Source: an uncultured Gemmatimonadales bacterium (GTDB taxonomy: Bacteria; Gemmatimonadota; Gemmatimonadetes; Longimicrobiales; Gaopeijiaceae). Taken from it: 64,000 bases of DNA. A program made the translations under genes and the position numbers. Positions 1-11,186 of this stretch are shown in pieces (the first letter of the stretch is position 1; the number at the start of each line of letters is the position of its first letter). The stretch is taken from contig CAWGKG010000020.1 of NCBI GenBank assembly GCA_963823035.1, positions 340,261 to 404,260 on the forward strand. Reading direction: 5' to 3'. The notes beneath the pieces were generated by a model. The model was not told the origin of the DNA. It worked only from the letters and a program-made list of their open reading frames with translations, and did no database searches.

Positions 1-724
1 CGATGTCCCGCGAGACCTGGTCCAGGGACGCGTCCACCGCTTCTTCCGAGATCCCCTCGAGCCGACGTCCGAACACCTCGACGTGTGCGCTCCGACGTGC
101 CGTCGTCGCGGGATCGAAGTGGTAGGGCATCCACGCCGCTTGATCGAAGGGGAAACGAAAGCCCTCGGGCATCACACCGACCACTTCCGCGGTCTCGCCG
201 TCGACGCGGATCGTGCGTCCCACCACCCCGGGATCGCCGTCGAATCGGTTCTGCCAGAGGGAGTACGACAGCACGATGCGGGGTGGCGCGTCGGGTGCGT
301 CCTCGCCGGGTCGGAACACCCGGCCCAGGAGCGGGGGCACGCCCACCACGGTGAGTGCGTTGGCCGATACCGCGGCTGCCTGCACGCGCTCCGGGGGCGC
401 TTCGTCGCCCGCGAGGTTGAGGGACGTCCAGTTGTAGGCGGCCAGCTCCTCGAAGACCGTCTGGCGCTCCTTCAGGTCCAGATAGTCGTGGAGCGGGGTG
501 CTGTTCTGCTCGATGCCCAGGCGATCGATCCGTTCGTCGACGAACATGAGCCGGTCCGCGTGGGGCACGGGCAGCCCCCTGAGCACGGTCCCGTCCAGCG
601 AGCTGTAGGTGTGGGTCGTCAACCCCACACCCAGGGCGATGGTGAGGATCGCGATCAGAGACAGCCCCGGCGTCTTGAGCAGCATGCGGAAGCCGAAGCG
701 CAGATCGGCCATCCATGTTGCCAT
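1..724 (-). CDS. ABC transporter permease, ADOP/MacB-FtsX type (5' part; runs off the window edge)
   Basis: Manual translation, absent from the ORF track: MATWMADLRFGFRMLLKTPGLSLIAILTIALGVG...LLGRVF...VVGVMPEGFRFP, typical of an ADOP/MacB N-terminus. Confidence 0.88.
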   Translation of the reverse strand, partial: MATWMADLRFGFRMLLKTPGLSLIAILTIALGVGLTTHTYSSLDGTVLRGLPVPHADRLMFVDERIDRLGIEQNSTPLHDYLDLKERQTVFEELAAYNWTSLNLAGDEAPPERVQAAAVSANALTVVGVPPLLGRVFRPGEDAPDAPPRIVLSYSLWQNRFDGDPGVVGRTIRVDGETAEVVGVMPEGFRFPFDQAAWMPYHFDPATTARRSAHVEVFGRRLEGISEEAVDASLDQVSRDI

Positions 725-899
725 CGGGTCTTCTCCCCTGTCCGCCCCACGGACTGGCTCGAGATCTTACTCGGCGGACTACGCGGACTACGTAGAAAGA
801 GACGAATGGGGCGGGGTGGCGGTTTCAGGCGGGGCCCTGGGCGCCAGGCGTGGCGCCTCGCCGTTGTCGCCCCCTCCCGCAGCGCCCTATCCTCCCCGC

Positions 900-3421
900 A
901 TGAGCCCCTCCCGCGACGAACGCCTGGCGAAGTACCGCGAGAAGCGCCGCGCCGGCCGTACCCCCGAGCCGTTCGGCGGCGAGGTGGTGGTGGGCGGCAG
1001 CTCCTTCGTGGTGCAGAAGCACCACGCCCGCGCCTTGCACTGGGACCTGCGCCTCGAGCTGGACGGCGTGCTCCTGTCGTGGGCCGTGCCCAAGGGGCCC
1101 TCCCCGAACCAGGCCGACAAGCGCCTGGCGATGCAGACGGAGGACCACCCGCTCGAGTACGCGGAGTTCGAGGGCGTCATCCCCGAGGGCGAGTACGGCG
1201 CCGGCTCGATGATCGTGTGGGACCGGGGAACGTGGAGCCCGGTCGAGGACCCGCGCGCGGGCCTGGAGAAGGGGAAGCTCCTCTTCGACCTGCACGGCCA
1301 CAAGCTGCTGGGCCGGTGGACGTTGGTGAAGACGAAGCAGGCGCCGAACTCCTGGCTCCTGATCAAGGAGCGCGACGGCTTCATGGACGCGGAGGGCGGC
1401 ACCGAGTCGTACCCGGACGACTCGATCTACTCCGGGCTCACCGTGGACGAGTTCCCCCATGCGGACGAGCACGCCGAGCGCCTGGCCGAGCGCGCGGCCG
1501 CGCTGGGTGCGAAGAGGCGGACGCTCCGCGCCGACGACGTGGACCTGATGCTCGCGACCAGCCAGGAGGAGCCGTTCACGCGCGAGGGGTGGATCTTCGA
1601 GCTGAAGTACGACGGCTACCGGCTCCTGGCCGAGCGGAAGGGGCGCGAGCCCTACCTGCGCTCGCGGGCGGGCCACGACCTCACGCTCACCTTCCCCGAG
1701 ATCGCACGCGCCGTGCACGGCCTCCCGCTGGAGGGGCTGGTGCTGGACGGGGAGGTGGTGGTGCACGACGCGGACGGGCTGCCCTCCTTCTCACGGCTGC
1801 AGCGGCGCGGCCGGATTCTCAACCGGATGGACGCGCTGCGCGCGAGCGTGGAGTTGCCGGCCATCTACTATGCCTTCGACCTGCTGGCGCTGGAGGGCTT
1901 CGACCTGCGCGGCGTGCCCCTCCTCGAGCGGAAGGCCTTGCTGCGCGAGCTCCTGCCGAGCGTCGGACCCATCCGCTACTCCGACCACATCGCCGAGCAG
2001 GGGGAGGCGATGTTCGAGCAGGTCACGCAGATGCGCCTCGAGGGGATCGTCGGGAAGAAGGCGGACTCGGCGTACTCGGGCGGCCGATCGCCGCACTGGA
2101 TCAAGGTGCGCACCGTGCGCGTCGAGGACTTCGTGGTGGTCGGATGGACGAAGCCCAAGGGGTCGCGCTCGGGCTTCGGCTCCCTGCACATCGCGCAATA
2201 CGACGGCGACGACCTCCTCTACCTCGGGAGTGTGGGGTCCGGCTTCACGGAGGCCGACCTCGCGGATACCATGCCGAAGCTGGAAGCGCTCGAGATCGAC
2301 GCGTGTGCGTGCACGGCCGGGCCGGTGCCGAAAGGGAAGGGCAACCACTGGGTCGCGCCCCGCCTCGTGGTCGAGGTGAAGTACAAGGAGCTGACGGACC
2401 AGGGGCTGGCCCGGCAGCCGTCGTTCTCGCGCTTCCGCGAGGACAAGCCGCCCGAGGAGTGCGTCGTGGAGGGCGCCGCGGCACCGGAGGCGGAGCCGGA
2501 GACCACCCGTCCGGGCGCGCGCGGAGCCCGAGCGCACGGTGGCCTACTCGAACCTCGACAAGGTGTTCTGGCCGGAGGAGGGCTACACCAAGGGCGACCT
2601 CATCGAGTACCACCGTGCGGTCGCCGAGTGGATGCTCCCCTACCTCGAGGACCGGCCGCTCGTGATGACGCGCTACCCGGACGGCATCCACGGAAAGTCG
2701 TTCTTCCAGAAGGACGCGCCGCCCTACGCGCCCGAGTGGATCCGGCGGGTGACGCTGTGGAGCGAGGGCTCGGAGCGCGAGCTGTCGTACTTCGTGGCCG
2801 ACGACCTCGAGTCGCTGCTGTACGTGATCAACCTGGGCACGATCCCGCTGCACATCTGGTCGAGCAGGGTGTCGTCGCTCGCGAACCCGGACTGGTGCAT
2901 CCTGGACCTGGATCCGAAGGAGGCGCCCTTCGCGCACGTCGTGGATCTCGCGCGCACGCTGCACGACGTCTGCGAGGAGATCGGGCTGCCCTCCTTCGCC
3001 AAGACGAGCGGCTCCTCGGGGATCCACGTGCTGGTGCCGCTCGGGGGCAAGCTCACGTACGAGCAGTCGCGCACGCTCGGCCAGCTCCTCGGGCGGGTGG
3101 CCGTGGCCGAGCGCACCGGGATCGCCACGCTCACGCGCAACCCCGCGAAGCGCGAGGGAAAGGTCTATGTGGACTTCGTGCAGAACGGGCACGGGAGGCT
3201 GCTGGCCGCGCCCTTCACCGTGCGGCCCCTCCCCGGCGCCACGGTCTCCGCGCCCCTCGCGTGGTCGGAGGTCACGAAGACGGCTGAAGATCTCGAACCA
3301 CACGATCGCCACGGTACCGAAGCGCATGAAGCGTCTGGGCGAGGACCCGCTCAGGACGGTGATGGAGCTCGAGCCCGACCTCCTGGGCGCGCTCTCACGG
3401 TTGGCCCACTGGTTCGACTGA
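900..3421 (+). CDS. ligD: NHEJ DNA ligase D (phosphoesterase-ligase-polymerase), 2 apparent frameshifts (~2510, ~3280)
   Basis: PE motifs FVVQKHHARALHWDLRLE and EDHPLEY; ligase ELKYDGYR and EGIVGKK; primase-polymerase SNLDKVFWP, RYPDGIHG, LDLDP, KTSGSSGIHV in the 2539 frame. Confidence 0.93.
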
Positions 3422-3433
3422 GGGCGATCGCCG

Positions 3434-4380
3434 TCAGGCTCCGTGGGCGACCGGCTCGGGGTCGCACACGCGGTCACGCCCCTCGTCCTTGGCGCGCAGG
3501 AGCGCCTGGTCGCACGCATGGTAGACGTCGTCGAAGGTGGTGCCGTGCGTCGGGCAGGCCGCATAGCCCCCTGATACGGTGACGTGCAGGTCGGGCAGGC
3601 CCGGAGGTCGGCTGTCGGCCACGAGGCGGACGAGCCGCTCCGCGGCGCGCCGTGCCATCCCGGCCCCGGTCGAGGGGCACAGGACCGCGAACTCCTCCCC
3701 TCCGATGCGGAAGGCCGAATCGGCCGCGCGCGTCTGCTCCTTCAGGATGCCGGCCGATCCACGCGAGCACTCCGTCGCCCGCGATGTGGCCGAGCGTGTC
3801 GTTGACGCTCTTGAAGTTGTCGATGTCCAGGAGGACGAGCGCGAAGGTGGCACCGTAGCGCAGGTGGCGGTCCACCTCGATCGTCCATCCGCTCCTGGAA
3901 GGCGCGGCGGTTGAGGAGATGCGTCAGGGTATCGTGCACCGCCGCCTCGCCGAATGTGCCGATCCGCTCGTCCGCGTTCCGGACGCGCGCGGACAACGCG
4001 CCCAGGAGTCGAAGCGCGATCGCCGGAGCCTCCAGGACCACCTGCCTGAACTCCTCCTGGTCGAGGACCAGCGCGTCCACCTCCTCGAGCGCGCGCACGG
4101 TCGCGCTGCGGGGGCGGTCGTTGAGGAGGGCCATCTCCCCGAAGAAGTCCCCGGGCCCCAGGTGGGCCAGCTCGAAGTCCCTGCTGCGCGAGGGGTAGAC
4201 CACCTGCACGGAGCCTCGCACCAGCAGGTAGAGCGATCGGCTCGGGGAGCCGGCCGCGACGATCGTCGCTCCCTCGGGGTGGCGCTCGTGGCGGACGCCT
4301 CCCGCCAGCCGCTCGCGCTCTTCCGCGGTCAGGTCACTGAGGAGGGGAACGTGCGCGAGGAGTTCGGGCGTGGTGGGCAT
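3434..4380 (-). CDS. Cyclic-nucleotide-binding domain + GGDEF diguanylate cyclase (frameshifted)
   Basis: [10 protein letters not shown]...PRSATVRA (cNMP domain); [39 protein letters not shown] across three frames. Confidence 0.88.
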
Positions 4381-4386
4381 GGGTCG

Positions 4387-5376
4387 CTACACCAGGAGTG
4401 AGGGATGACCGCCGGTATGGACGAAGACGGCCCGGTCCCCGGAGGGCACGCGGCCGTCGCGGATCCACGCGAGGAGGCCGGCGGCGGCCTTCCCCGTATA
4501 GACCGGGTCGAGGACGATCCCCTCCATGCGCCCGAAGAGGTCGATCGCCTCCCTGCCTGCGGGCGTCGGGATCCCGTACCCCGCGCCGACCTGCGTGTCG
4601 TCGCAGGAGAGCCTCTCCCCGGCGACCGGTCGTGGCCGGCCCAGCAGGGCGCCGCCCTCGGCCGCCAGGCCGAGGGCGTCCGTGCGCATGTCGTCCGCGG
4701 AGACGTCGGCGCTGACGCCCACCAGGCGGACGTCCGTCCGACCCAACAGCTCGAATCCGAGCAGGAGGCCGGCCAGCGTGCCGCACGACGAAGCCGACAC
4801 GAAGACCCAGGTGTCCCTCGTCGCCTCGGGGGGCAGCTGCTCGTGGAGCTCCAGCGCCGCCAGCGCGTAGCCGAGCGCTCCGAGCCCGGTGGAGGCGCCG
4901 AGCGGGACCACCATCGCCCGCCCGCCGGCGTCGGCGATTTCCCGCGCCGCGCGCTCCATGGCCGGCGCGCGCTCGGCGCGGTCGGCGACCGTGCGGATGT
5001 CGGCGCCGAAGAGTCGGTGGATGAGTGCGTTGCCGCGCGGCTCGCCCTCGGAGGTGCCGTTCACCACCAGCACGCACCCCAGCCCGAGGTGCGCCGCCGC
5101 CCCGGCCGTGACGCGGCAGTGGTTGGACTGCGGTCCGCCGGTCGTGATCAGGTGGGTGATCCCCTCCAGGCGATCGCCGCCCAGCACGGTCTCGAGCTTC
5201 CTGACCTTGTTGCCACCGAGCGCGAAGCCCGTCTCCGCGTCCATCTTCACGAAGAGCTCGGGCGCCGCCCCGCCCAGGGCCTTCGCCAGGTTGCGCGCGG
5301 GCACGAGGCGCGTGGGCAGCGCCGCCAGCCGGATGCGCGGCCAGGCGCGGAGCCGGACCAGGGCGCCGGCGCTCAC
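4387..5376 (-). CDS. PLP-dependent D-cysteine desulfhydrase / ACC deaminase family protein
   Basis: GGNKVRKLE, GGPQSNHCR, LDPVYTGKA, FVHTGG motifs; GTG start overlaps the HDAC stop. Confidence 0.9.
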   Translation of the reverse strand: MSAGALVRLRAWPRIRLAALPTRLVPARNLAKALGGAAPELFVKMDAETGFALGGNKVRKLETVLGGDRLEGITHLITTGGPQSNHCRVTAGAAAHLGLGCVLVVNGTSEGEPRGNALIHRLFGADIRTVADRAERAPAMERAAREIADAGGRAMVVPLGASTGLGALGYALAALELHEQLPPEATRDTWVFVSASSCGTLAGLLLGFELLGRTDVRLVGVSADVSADDMRTDALGLAAEGGALLGRPRPVAGERLSCDDTQVGAGYGIPTPAGREAIDLFGRMEGIVLDPVYTGKAAAGLLAWIRDGRVPSGDRAVFVHTGGHPSLLV

Positions 5377-6272
5377 GCAACGCTCCGGGCCACGCGGCGG
5401 GACGCCGCCCGCACCGTCGTCTCGTGGATGTCGACGGTGTCGGTCACGTCCCGGGCGTAGCCGCCCGACATCACCACCGCAACCGGAACGCCCGCGCCGG
5501 CGCACAGGTCGAACACGCGCTCGTCCCTCGCCGCGAGCCCCGCCTTGGTCACGGCCAGGCGGCCCAGGCGGTCCCCCTCGAAGGGGTCGGCGCCGGCCAC
5601 GTAGAAGGCGAGGTCGCCGCCGCGGCCGAGCGCGGTGCGCACGCCCCGATCCACCGCCTCGAGGAAGGCGTCGTCGCCGGTGCCGTCGGGCAGCTCCACG
5701 TCGAGGTCGCCCGCCTCCTTCCGGAAGGGGAAGTTGTTCGCGCCGTGCACCGAGAGCGTGAAGACGGAGTCGTCCTCGCGGAAGATCGAGGCCGTGCCGT
5801 TGCCCTGGTGCACGTCGAGGTCGAGCACCACCACCCGGCCCACCCGCCGCTCGGCCTGCAGCGCGCGGGCGGCCACCGCCACGTCGTTGAAGACGCAGAA
5901 GCCCTCGCCGCGGTCGCGGAACGCGTGGTGCGTGCCGCCCGCCAGGTTCGCCGCCACCCCGTCCTCCAGCGCGGCGCGCGCGGCGCCCATCGTGCCGCCG
6001 ACCGAGCGCCGCGAGCGCTCCACCAGGCCGGGCGACCAGGGGAAGCCGATGCGGCGCACCTCGTCGTGCGTCAGGGCACCCGTTACGACGCGGCGTACGT
6101 ACCCCCGGTCGTGCACGCGTACCAGGTCGACGTCGGTCGCGGGGTCCGGTACGCGCAGGTCGTCCTCGCCGCGCGCACGGACGCGCTCACGCAGGCGCCC
6201 GTACTTCTCCATCGGGAACCGGTGCCCCTCGGGGAGGGGAAGCACGAAGTGGTCGCAGTAGTAGACGCGCAC
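5373..6272 (-). CDS. Histone deacetylase family (Zn-dependent) protein
   Basis: HRFPMEKY, GGTHHA, GFCVFNDVA, DLDVHQGNG, GADPFEGD, SGGY. Confidence 0.93.
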   Translation of the reverse strand: MRVYYCDHFVLPLPEGHRFPMEKYGRLRERVRARGEDDLRVPDPATDVDLVRVHDRGYVRRVVTGALTHDEVRRIGFPWSPGLVERSRRSVGGTMGAARAALEDGVAANLAGGTHHAFRDRGEGFCVFNDVAVAARALQAERRVGRVVVLDLDVHQGNGTASIFREDDSVFTLSVHGANNFPFRKEAGDLDVELPDGTGDDAFLEAVDRGVRTALGRGGDLAFYVAGADPFEGDRLGRLAVTKAGLAARDERVFDLCAGAGVPVAVVMSGGYARDVTDTVDIHETTVRAASRRVARSVA

Positions 6273-6407
6273 GGTGTCTCGGGGGAACGGAACGCCTCCG
6301 TGGCCGGTATGGGCCCGGCCAGGCGTCTTACATTAGTAATGCGCCTCGGGAGGCCGGGGGAGTGCGTTCTGCGGAATCGGACATCCAGGACACCAGCTTG
6401 CCTTCAC

Positions 6408-8759
6408 ATGACATCCGGGAGACGGGGGGCCGTCGTCCTCCTGCTTCTCCTCGGCACCGTGGGGCACGCCGCCGCGCAGGTGGGTCGCGTGGAAGGGCGT
6501 GTGCGCGACGACGAGGGCTCCGCCGTGTTCGGCGCGACCGTCGTGCTCACGCAGGCGGGAACGGTCGTGCGTGGCGCCGACACGGACCGCCTCGGCTGGT
6601 TCCAGCTCGACGACATCCCGCCCGGCGCGTATACGCTACGGGGCACCGGGGTGGGCTACGCGGACGCCAGCCGTTCGGTGGGGGTCGGACCCGGAGAGAC
6701 CGTGGAGGTGGATCTCACCCTGGGCCGCCAGGCCATCGAGCTGGAGGGGATCACCGTGGGCGCCGAGCGCAGCCGGGAGCGGGTGCGCTTCGAGGAGATC
6801 GGGGGCGCGACCGTGCGCGAGCTCAGCCTCCAGGAGCTCAAGCGTGTGCCCGGCGTGGCCGAGGCGGACCCCCTTCGAGCGGTCGAGGTCCTTCCGGGCG
6901 TGGTGTCCACGTCGGACTTCTCGGCGTCCTTCCACGTGCGCGGCGGCGCGCAGGACGAGAACCTCATCCTCCTCGACGGTGTGCCGGTCTTCAGCCCCTT
7001 CCACCTCGGCGGCTTCTTCTCCGTCTTCAACGCGGACCTCCTCGACAGGGCGGCGCTGCAGTCCGGCGGCTTCGCGGCGGAGCACGGCGGGCGCGTGTCG
7101 TCGGTACTCGAGATCGAGACCGATCCGGGCGACGGGGACTTCGCGGTGGACGCCGGCGTGTCCCTCCTCGCCTCCCGCGTGGCCGTGTCCGGCGGGGTGC
7201 CACGGGGCTTCGCGGAGGCGCTCGGACACTCCAACGTGCACTGGCGCCTGTCGGCGCGGCGCTCGTACTTCGATTGGCTCCTCAAGCCGGCGTTCGACTT
7301 CCCCTACCACCTGCAGGACTTCCAGGGTATCGCCGAGGGATGGACGAAGTCCGGGGACCGCCTGCGCCTGACGGCATACTCCGGGGACGACATCCTCGAC
7401 CTCACCAGCTTCGACGCCGCGGACTTCCCCCTGCGCATCAACTGGAACTGGGGGAACGACCTTCTCGGAGCGCGCTGGACGCACCCCCGGCGCGGGGGCT
7501 CGCTGGACGCCCGGGTGAGCTGGTCGCGCTACGGCACCGGGCTGTCGTTCCCCGACTTCGGCGACACGGACTTCGCGTCCCGCATCTCCCAGGCGCAGGC
7601 GCGGGTCGACCTGGACACGCGCGTCTCGAGCACCCTGCGCACCAAGGTCGGCGTGTCCGCGGAGCGCATGCGCTACCACAACCGCGCGGTCTCGGGCGGC
7701 ACGGAGTTCGCGAGCGGCGACGGCACAGGCACGCTCCTCGGCGCCTATGCCCAGGCGTCCTGGTTCCAGGCGCGCCAGTGGCTGGTGGAGGCGGGGCTTC
7801 GCCTCGACGGCTGGTCTCCCGATCCCGGCGACGCCACGCTCGACGCGGCGCCGAGGGTCGCGATCAAGCGCTTCTTCGCCGGAGGGGACGGGGCGATCAA
7901 GCTGGCCGCGGGCCGGTACACGCAGTACGTACAGTCGCTTCGGGACGAGGAGCTCCCCCTCGGGCTCGACATCTGGGTGCTGGCGGGCGCGCGGGCCCCG
8001 CGCGTGGTGTCGGACCAGCTCCAGGTCGGCGTGGAGGGCTATGCCGGCGAGGACTGGTTCGCCTCGCTCGAGGGCTATGTGCGCACCTTCGACGGCGTCG
8101 TGACGGTCAACACGGGCGACGACCCCAACGACGACCTCGACGACATCCTCGCCGGTCGAGGCCGATCGTGGGGCGTCGACGCCATGGTGCGGAAGGAGGA
8201 CGGACCGGTGAACGGCTGGCTCGCCGTCTCCTTCCTCAAGGCCCAGCGCACGTTCCCGGATCTCCTCTCCCCGGAGCGCCCCGCGCCCGAGGTGACGTAT
8301 CCGCCGATCTTCGACCGGCGGGTCGACGCGGACCTGGTGATGCGCTTCCCGCTTCCGCGGGGGTGGGAGGGCGGCTTGCGCTGGAACGTGGGCACCGGCA
8401 CGCCCTACACGCGCGCGCTCGGCGCCTACGCAGCGTACTCGCCGAACTTCGCGCAGTGGGGTGGGTTCCTCGACTGGGCGGGCGCGTCGAGCTCGTCCGA
8501 CAACCTCGGCGGCTACGCCGTCTACCTGGAGGACCACAACGCCTCCCGCTATCCCACGTACCACCGCCTCGACATGAGCGCACGCAAGACGTTCACGAAG
8601 TCGTGGGGGACGCTCGTGCCCTACGTGGACGTGCTGAACCTGTACAACCGCAAGAACGTGCTCTTCTACTTCTACCAGTACTCCGAGCAGCCGCCGGTCC
8701 GCGCCGGCATCTCGATGTTTCCGCTGCTGCCGACCTTCGGCCTCGAGGTGCACTTCTGA
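6408..8759 (+). CDS. TonB-dependent receptor with N-terminal carboxypeptidase-regulatory-like domain
   Basis: Signal peptide; plug motif LPGV...VRGGAQDENLILLDG; C-terminal YHRLD...NLYNRKN...FGLEVHF ending in Phe. Confidence 0.9.
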   Translation: MTSGRRGAVVLLLLLGTVGHAAAQVGRVEGRVRDDEGSAVFGATVVLTQAGTVVRGADTDRLGWFQLDDIPPGAYTLRGTGVGYADASRSVGVGPGETVEVDLTLGRQAIELEGITVGAERSRERVRFEEIGGATVRELSLQELKRVPGVAEADPLRAVEVLPGVVSTSDFSASFHVRGGAQDENLILLDGVPVFSPFHLGGFFSVFNADLLDRAALQSGGFAAEHGGRVSSVLEIETDPGDGDFAVDAGVSLLASRVAVSGGVPRGFAEALGHSNVHWRLSARRSYFDWLLKPAFDFPYHLQDFQGIAEGWTKSGDRLRLTAYSGDDILDLTSFDAADFPLRINWNWGNDLLGARWTHPRRGGSLDARVSWSRYGTGLSFPDFGDTDFASRISQAQARVDLDTRVSSTLRTKVGVSAERMRYHNRAVSGGTEFASGDGTGTLLGAYAQASWFQARQWLVEAGLRLDGWSPDPGDATLDAAPRVAIKRFFAGGDGAIKLAAGRYTQYVQSLRDEELPLGLDIWVLAGARAPRVVSDQLQVGVEGYAGEDWFASLEGYVRTFDGVVTVNTGDDPNDDLDDILAGRGRSWGVDAMVRKEDGPVNGWLAVSFLKAQRTFPDLLSPERPAPEVTYPPIFDRRVDADLVMRFPLPRGWEGGLRWNVGTGTPYTRALGAYAAYSPNFAQWGGFLDWAGASSSSDNLGGYAVYLEDHNASRYPTYHRLDMSARKTFTKSWGTLVPYVDVLNLYNRKNVLFYFYQYSEQPPVRAGISMFPLLPTFGLEVHF

Positions 8760-9721
8760 TGGTGCGCGCTCGAGGGGCGCTCCGCGCGGCGCCGGCCTTG
8801 GCGCTCCTGGCGGCTTCCGCGTGTGAGCTGCAGGAGGTCACGCTCGTGGAGGCGCGGGACGTGGTGGTCGCCGAGGTCTACGTGGAGCTGGGCCTTCCCG
8901 GGAACGGGGATCGTGCCACCGCCTTCCTGCACCGGACCCTCGAGGGGGCCACGGGCTCGTCCCGTCCGGTGCCGGGCGCCACGGTGATCATCTCGCGCGC
9001 CGACGGCTCTTCCGTGGAGATGGGCGAGACGGACCTGGAAGCGTGCGTGCGCACGACGCCGATCGGTGCCTCCGGCACCTGCTACTGGGCCGCGACGGGC
9101 GTGGCCGGCCGGATCCAGCCCGGCGATACGCTCGACCTCGAGATCGGACTCGAGGACGGGGGCGTGCTCCGCGGCTCGACGGTGGTGCCGGGCGATTTCG
9201 GGCTGCTTACGCCGCCGCCGCCCTACGCGGGCGATCCGCCGGGCTGCCTGCAGCGGCCCTCCACCCCTCTCGAGCTGCGTTGGACGCGCTCGGAAGGCGC
9301 GTGGGCGTATGTGAACGAGACCCTCATCTTCGGTCTGCGCGCCGCGCTCGAGCCGAAGGGCATCCCGGTGGAAAGCGACCCCCTCTATCTCCTCGGCGTG
9401 TCGATCTCCGCGCGGGACACGGCGATCGTCTTCCCCGGCGAGTTCGGCGTCTTCAACCGCTTCGAGCTGGATCAGGGCCTCGCGCTCGAACTGCAGAAGG
9501 GACTGCCGGACGGCACGGACGCGCGGGTGACGATCAGCGCGGCGGATCGGAACTACGTCAACTGGATCCGGGGTGGCAACTTCAATCCCTCGGGGCAGGT
9601 GCGTATCCCCAGCGTGCGCGGGGACGGGACGGGTGTGTTCGGCTCGGCCGTCACGCAGACCGTGAGGGTCTTCACCACCACGGGTGGAGTCGCGGCGGGC
9701 CTACCCGCCTGCGGCGGGTGA
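8759..9721 (+). CDS. Lipoprotein, DUF4249-like, coupled to the TBDR
   Basis: Lipobox LAASAC; C-terminal SVRGDGTGVFGS; ATG overlaps the TBDR stop. Confidence 0.65.
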   Translation: MVRARGALRAAPALALLAASACELQEVTLVEARDVVVAEVYVELGLPGNGDRATAFLHRTLEGATGSSRPVPGATVIISRADGSSVEMGETDLEACVRTTPIGASGTCYWAATGVAGRIQPGDTLDLEIGLEDGGVLRGSTVVPGDFGLLTPPPPYAGDPPGCLQRPSTPLELRWTRSEGAWAYVNETLIFGLRAALEPKGIPVESDPLYLLGVSISARDTAIVFPGEFGVFNRFELDQGLALELQKGLPDGTDARVTISAADRNYVNWIRGGNFNPSGQVRIPSVRGDGTGVFGSAVTQTVRVFTTTGGVAAGLPACGG

Positions 9722-10385
9722 CACCGCGCCACGCTTCTCCTCGCGCGCCACGCCGTCCGCCCCGAGGAGCGACCGCAGCCTCGCGACGACCAGGTCCACC
9801 GCCACACGGTTGAACCCACCCTCCGGCACGACGAGGTCGGCGTGTCGCTTGCTGGGCTCCACGAACTCGAGGTGCATGGGGCGCACCGTCGCCTCGTATT
9901 GGGCGATGACCGACTCCGGCGTGCGTCCGCGCTCGATCACGTCCCGGCGGATCCTGCGGATGAGGCGCAGGTCGGCCTCCGTGTCCACGAACACCTTGAG
10001 GTCCATGCGGGCGCGCAGGCGGGCGTCCGCGAGCACGAGGATGCCGTCGAGGATCACGACCGGGGCCGCGGCGTGGCGCTCGGTCTCGACGCGGCGGGTG
10101 TGCGTCGAGAAGTCGTAGAGGGGCACCTCCACGGCCTCTCCGCGCAGCAGGCGCTCGACGTGCTCGATCATGAGCTCCGTCTCGAGGCTCTGCGGGTGGT
10201 CGAAGTTCACGGCCACGCGCTCGCTGGAAGGGGATGTGCCTCAGGTCGCGGTAGTACGCATCCTGATGGAGGACCGTCGTCGAGCCGGCGCCGAGCAGGC
10301 GACAGACCTCCGAGACCACCGTCGACTTCCCCGAGCCGCTGCCTCCGGCGACGCCCAGCACCACCGTGCGCTCGTGCGCCTCCAT
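9701..10385 (-). CDS. udk: Uridine kinase (frameshift ~10220)
   Basis: GVAGGSGSGKST, QDAYY, NFDHP, RRIRRD..ERGR, PMHLEFVEPSK. Confidence 0.93.
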
Positions 10386-10386
10386 G

Positions 10387-11069
10387 TCAGCCTCCCGCGG
10401 GCACGACGTAGATGAGCGCCGCCAGCTCCCGCCGGAGCGTGTGCACGCCCCCGTCGTGGGCCACCGTCACGGCCACGACTTCCTCCCCGCGCGCGCTCTC
10501 GTTCACCCGAGGATCGCGCCGGGCGTCAGTCCGGCGGCCTCGAGGAAGCGGAGCCGTTCGGGATCCTCGTCGCGCACCGCCCGCACGCGCAGGCTCGAGC
10601 CGGGTAGCGCGTCGGCGAGGGTGCGGAAGTCGATGCTCTCGATCTCCCCGGCGCTGGTCGGGATCGGCGCGCCGTGAGGGTCGTGGCTGGGGAACTGGAG
10701 CGCCGCGGCCATCCGTTCCACGAGCGTGTCCGAGGCCGCGTGCTCCAGACGCTCCGCTTCCTCGTGCACGTCCTCCCAGGCGAAGCCGAGGCGCTCGCAC
10801 AGGTACGTCTCGATGACTCGGTGGCGACGGAGGACCTTCAGCGCCTCGCGGATGCCCCGCTCCGTGAGGCGCACGCCGCGGTACGGCGCGTGCTCCAGCA
10901 GACCCGATTCCGCCAGGCGCTTCACCATCCCGGTCACGGAGGCCGGCTGGACCGCCAGCGCATCCGCGATCGCGCTCGTCGACGCGGGGTCGCCGCGCTC
11001 GGACAGGCCGTAGATGGCCTTGAGGTAGTCCTCGACGGAGCGGGAGAGTCCCGCCGGCATGGGGGTCAT
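10387..11069 (-). CDS. DtxR/MntR-family metal-dependent repressor with FeoA-like C-terminus (frameshift ~10505)
   Basis: SVEDYLKAIY, RRHRVIE, EAERLEH, DPHGAPIP. Confidence 0.9.
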
Positions 11070-11186
11070 GACGTGAAGCTAGGGAGCACGAGGGAGCCCG
11101 TCGACCCCGACGGCCGCGCCGTTTCCGCCGCCGCCCCGCTCCTGTTAACATCCGCGTCGACATCACGTTGGCGTCCGAACGCACCC

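Noticed and set aside
83..2665. Long alternative-frame and antisense ORFs (e.g. 83..2665, 6636..8753, 15840..18047, 44358..46517)
   Set aside because: Shadow ORFs caused by high GC and few stop codons; Arg/Gly/Pro-rich with no motifs, and they overlap clear genes
10503..10505. TGA ending the MntR ORF as a second Sec candidate
   Set aside because: The C-terminus continues in a different frame, so this is an indel; no Cys-equivalent position
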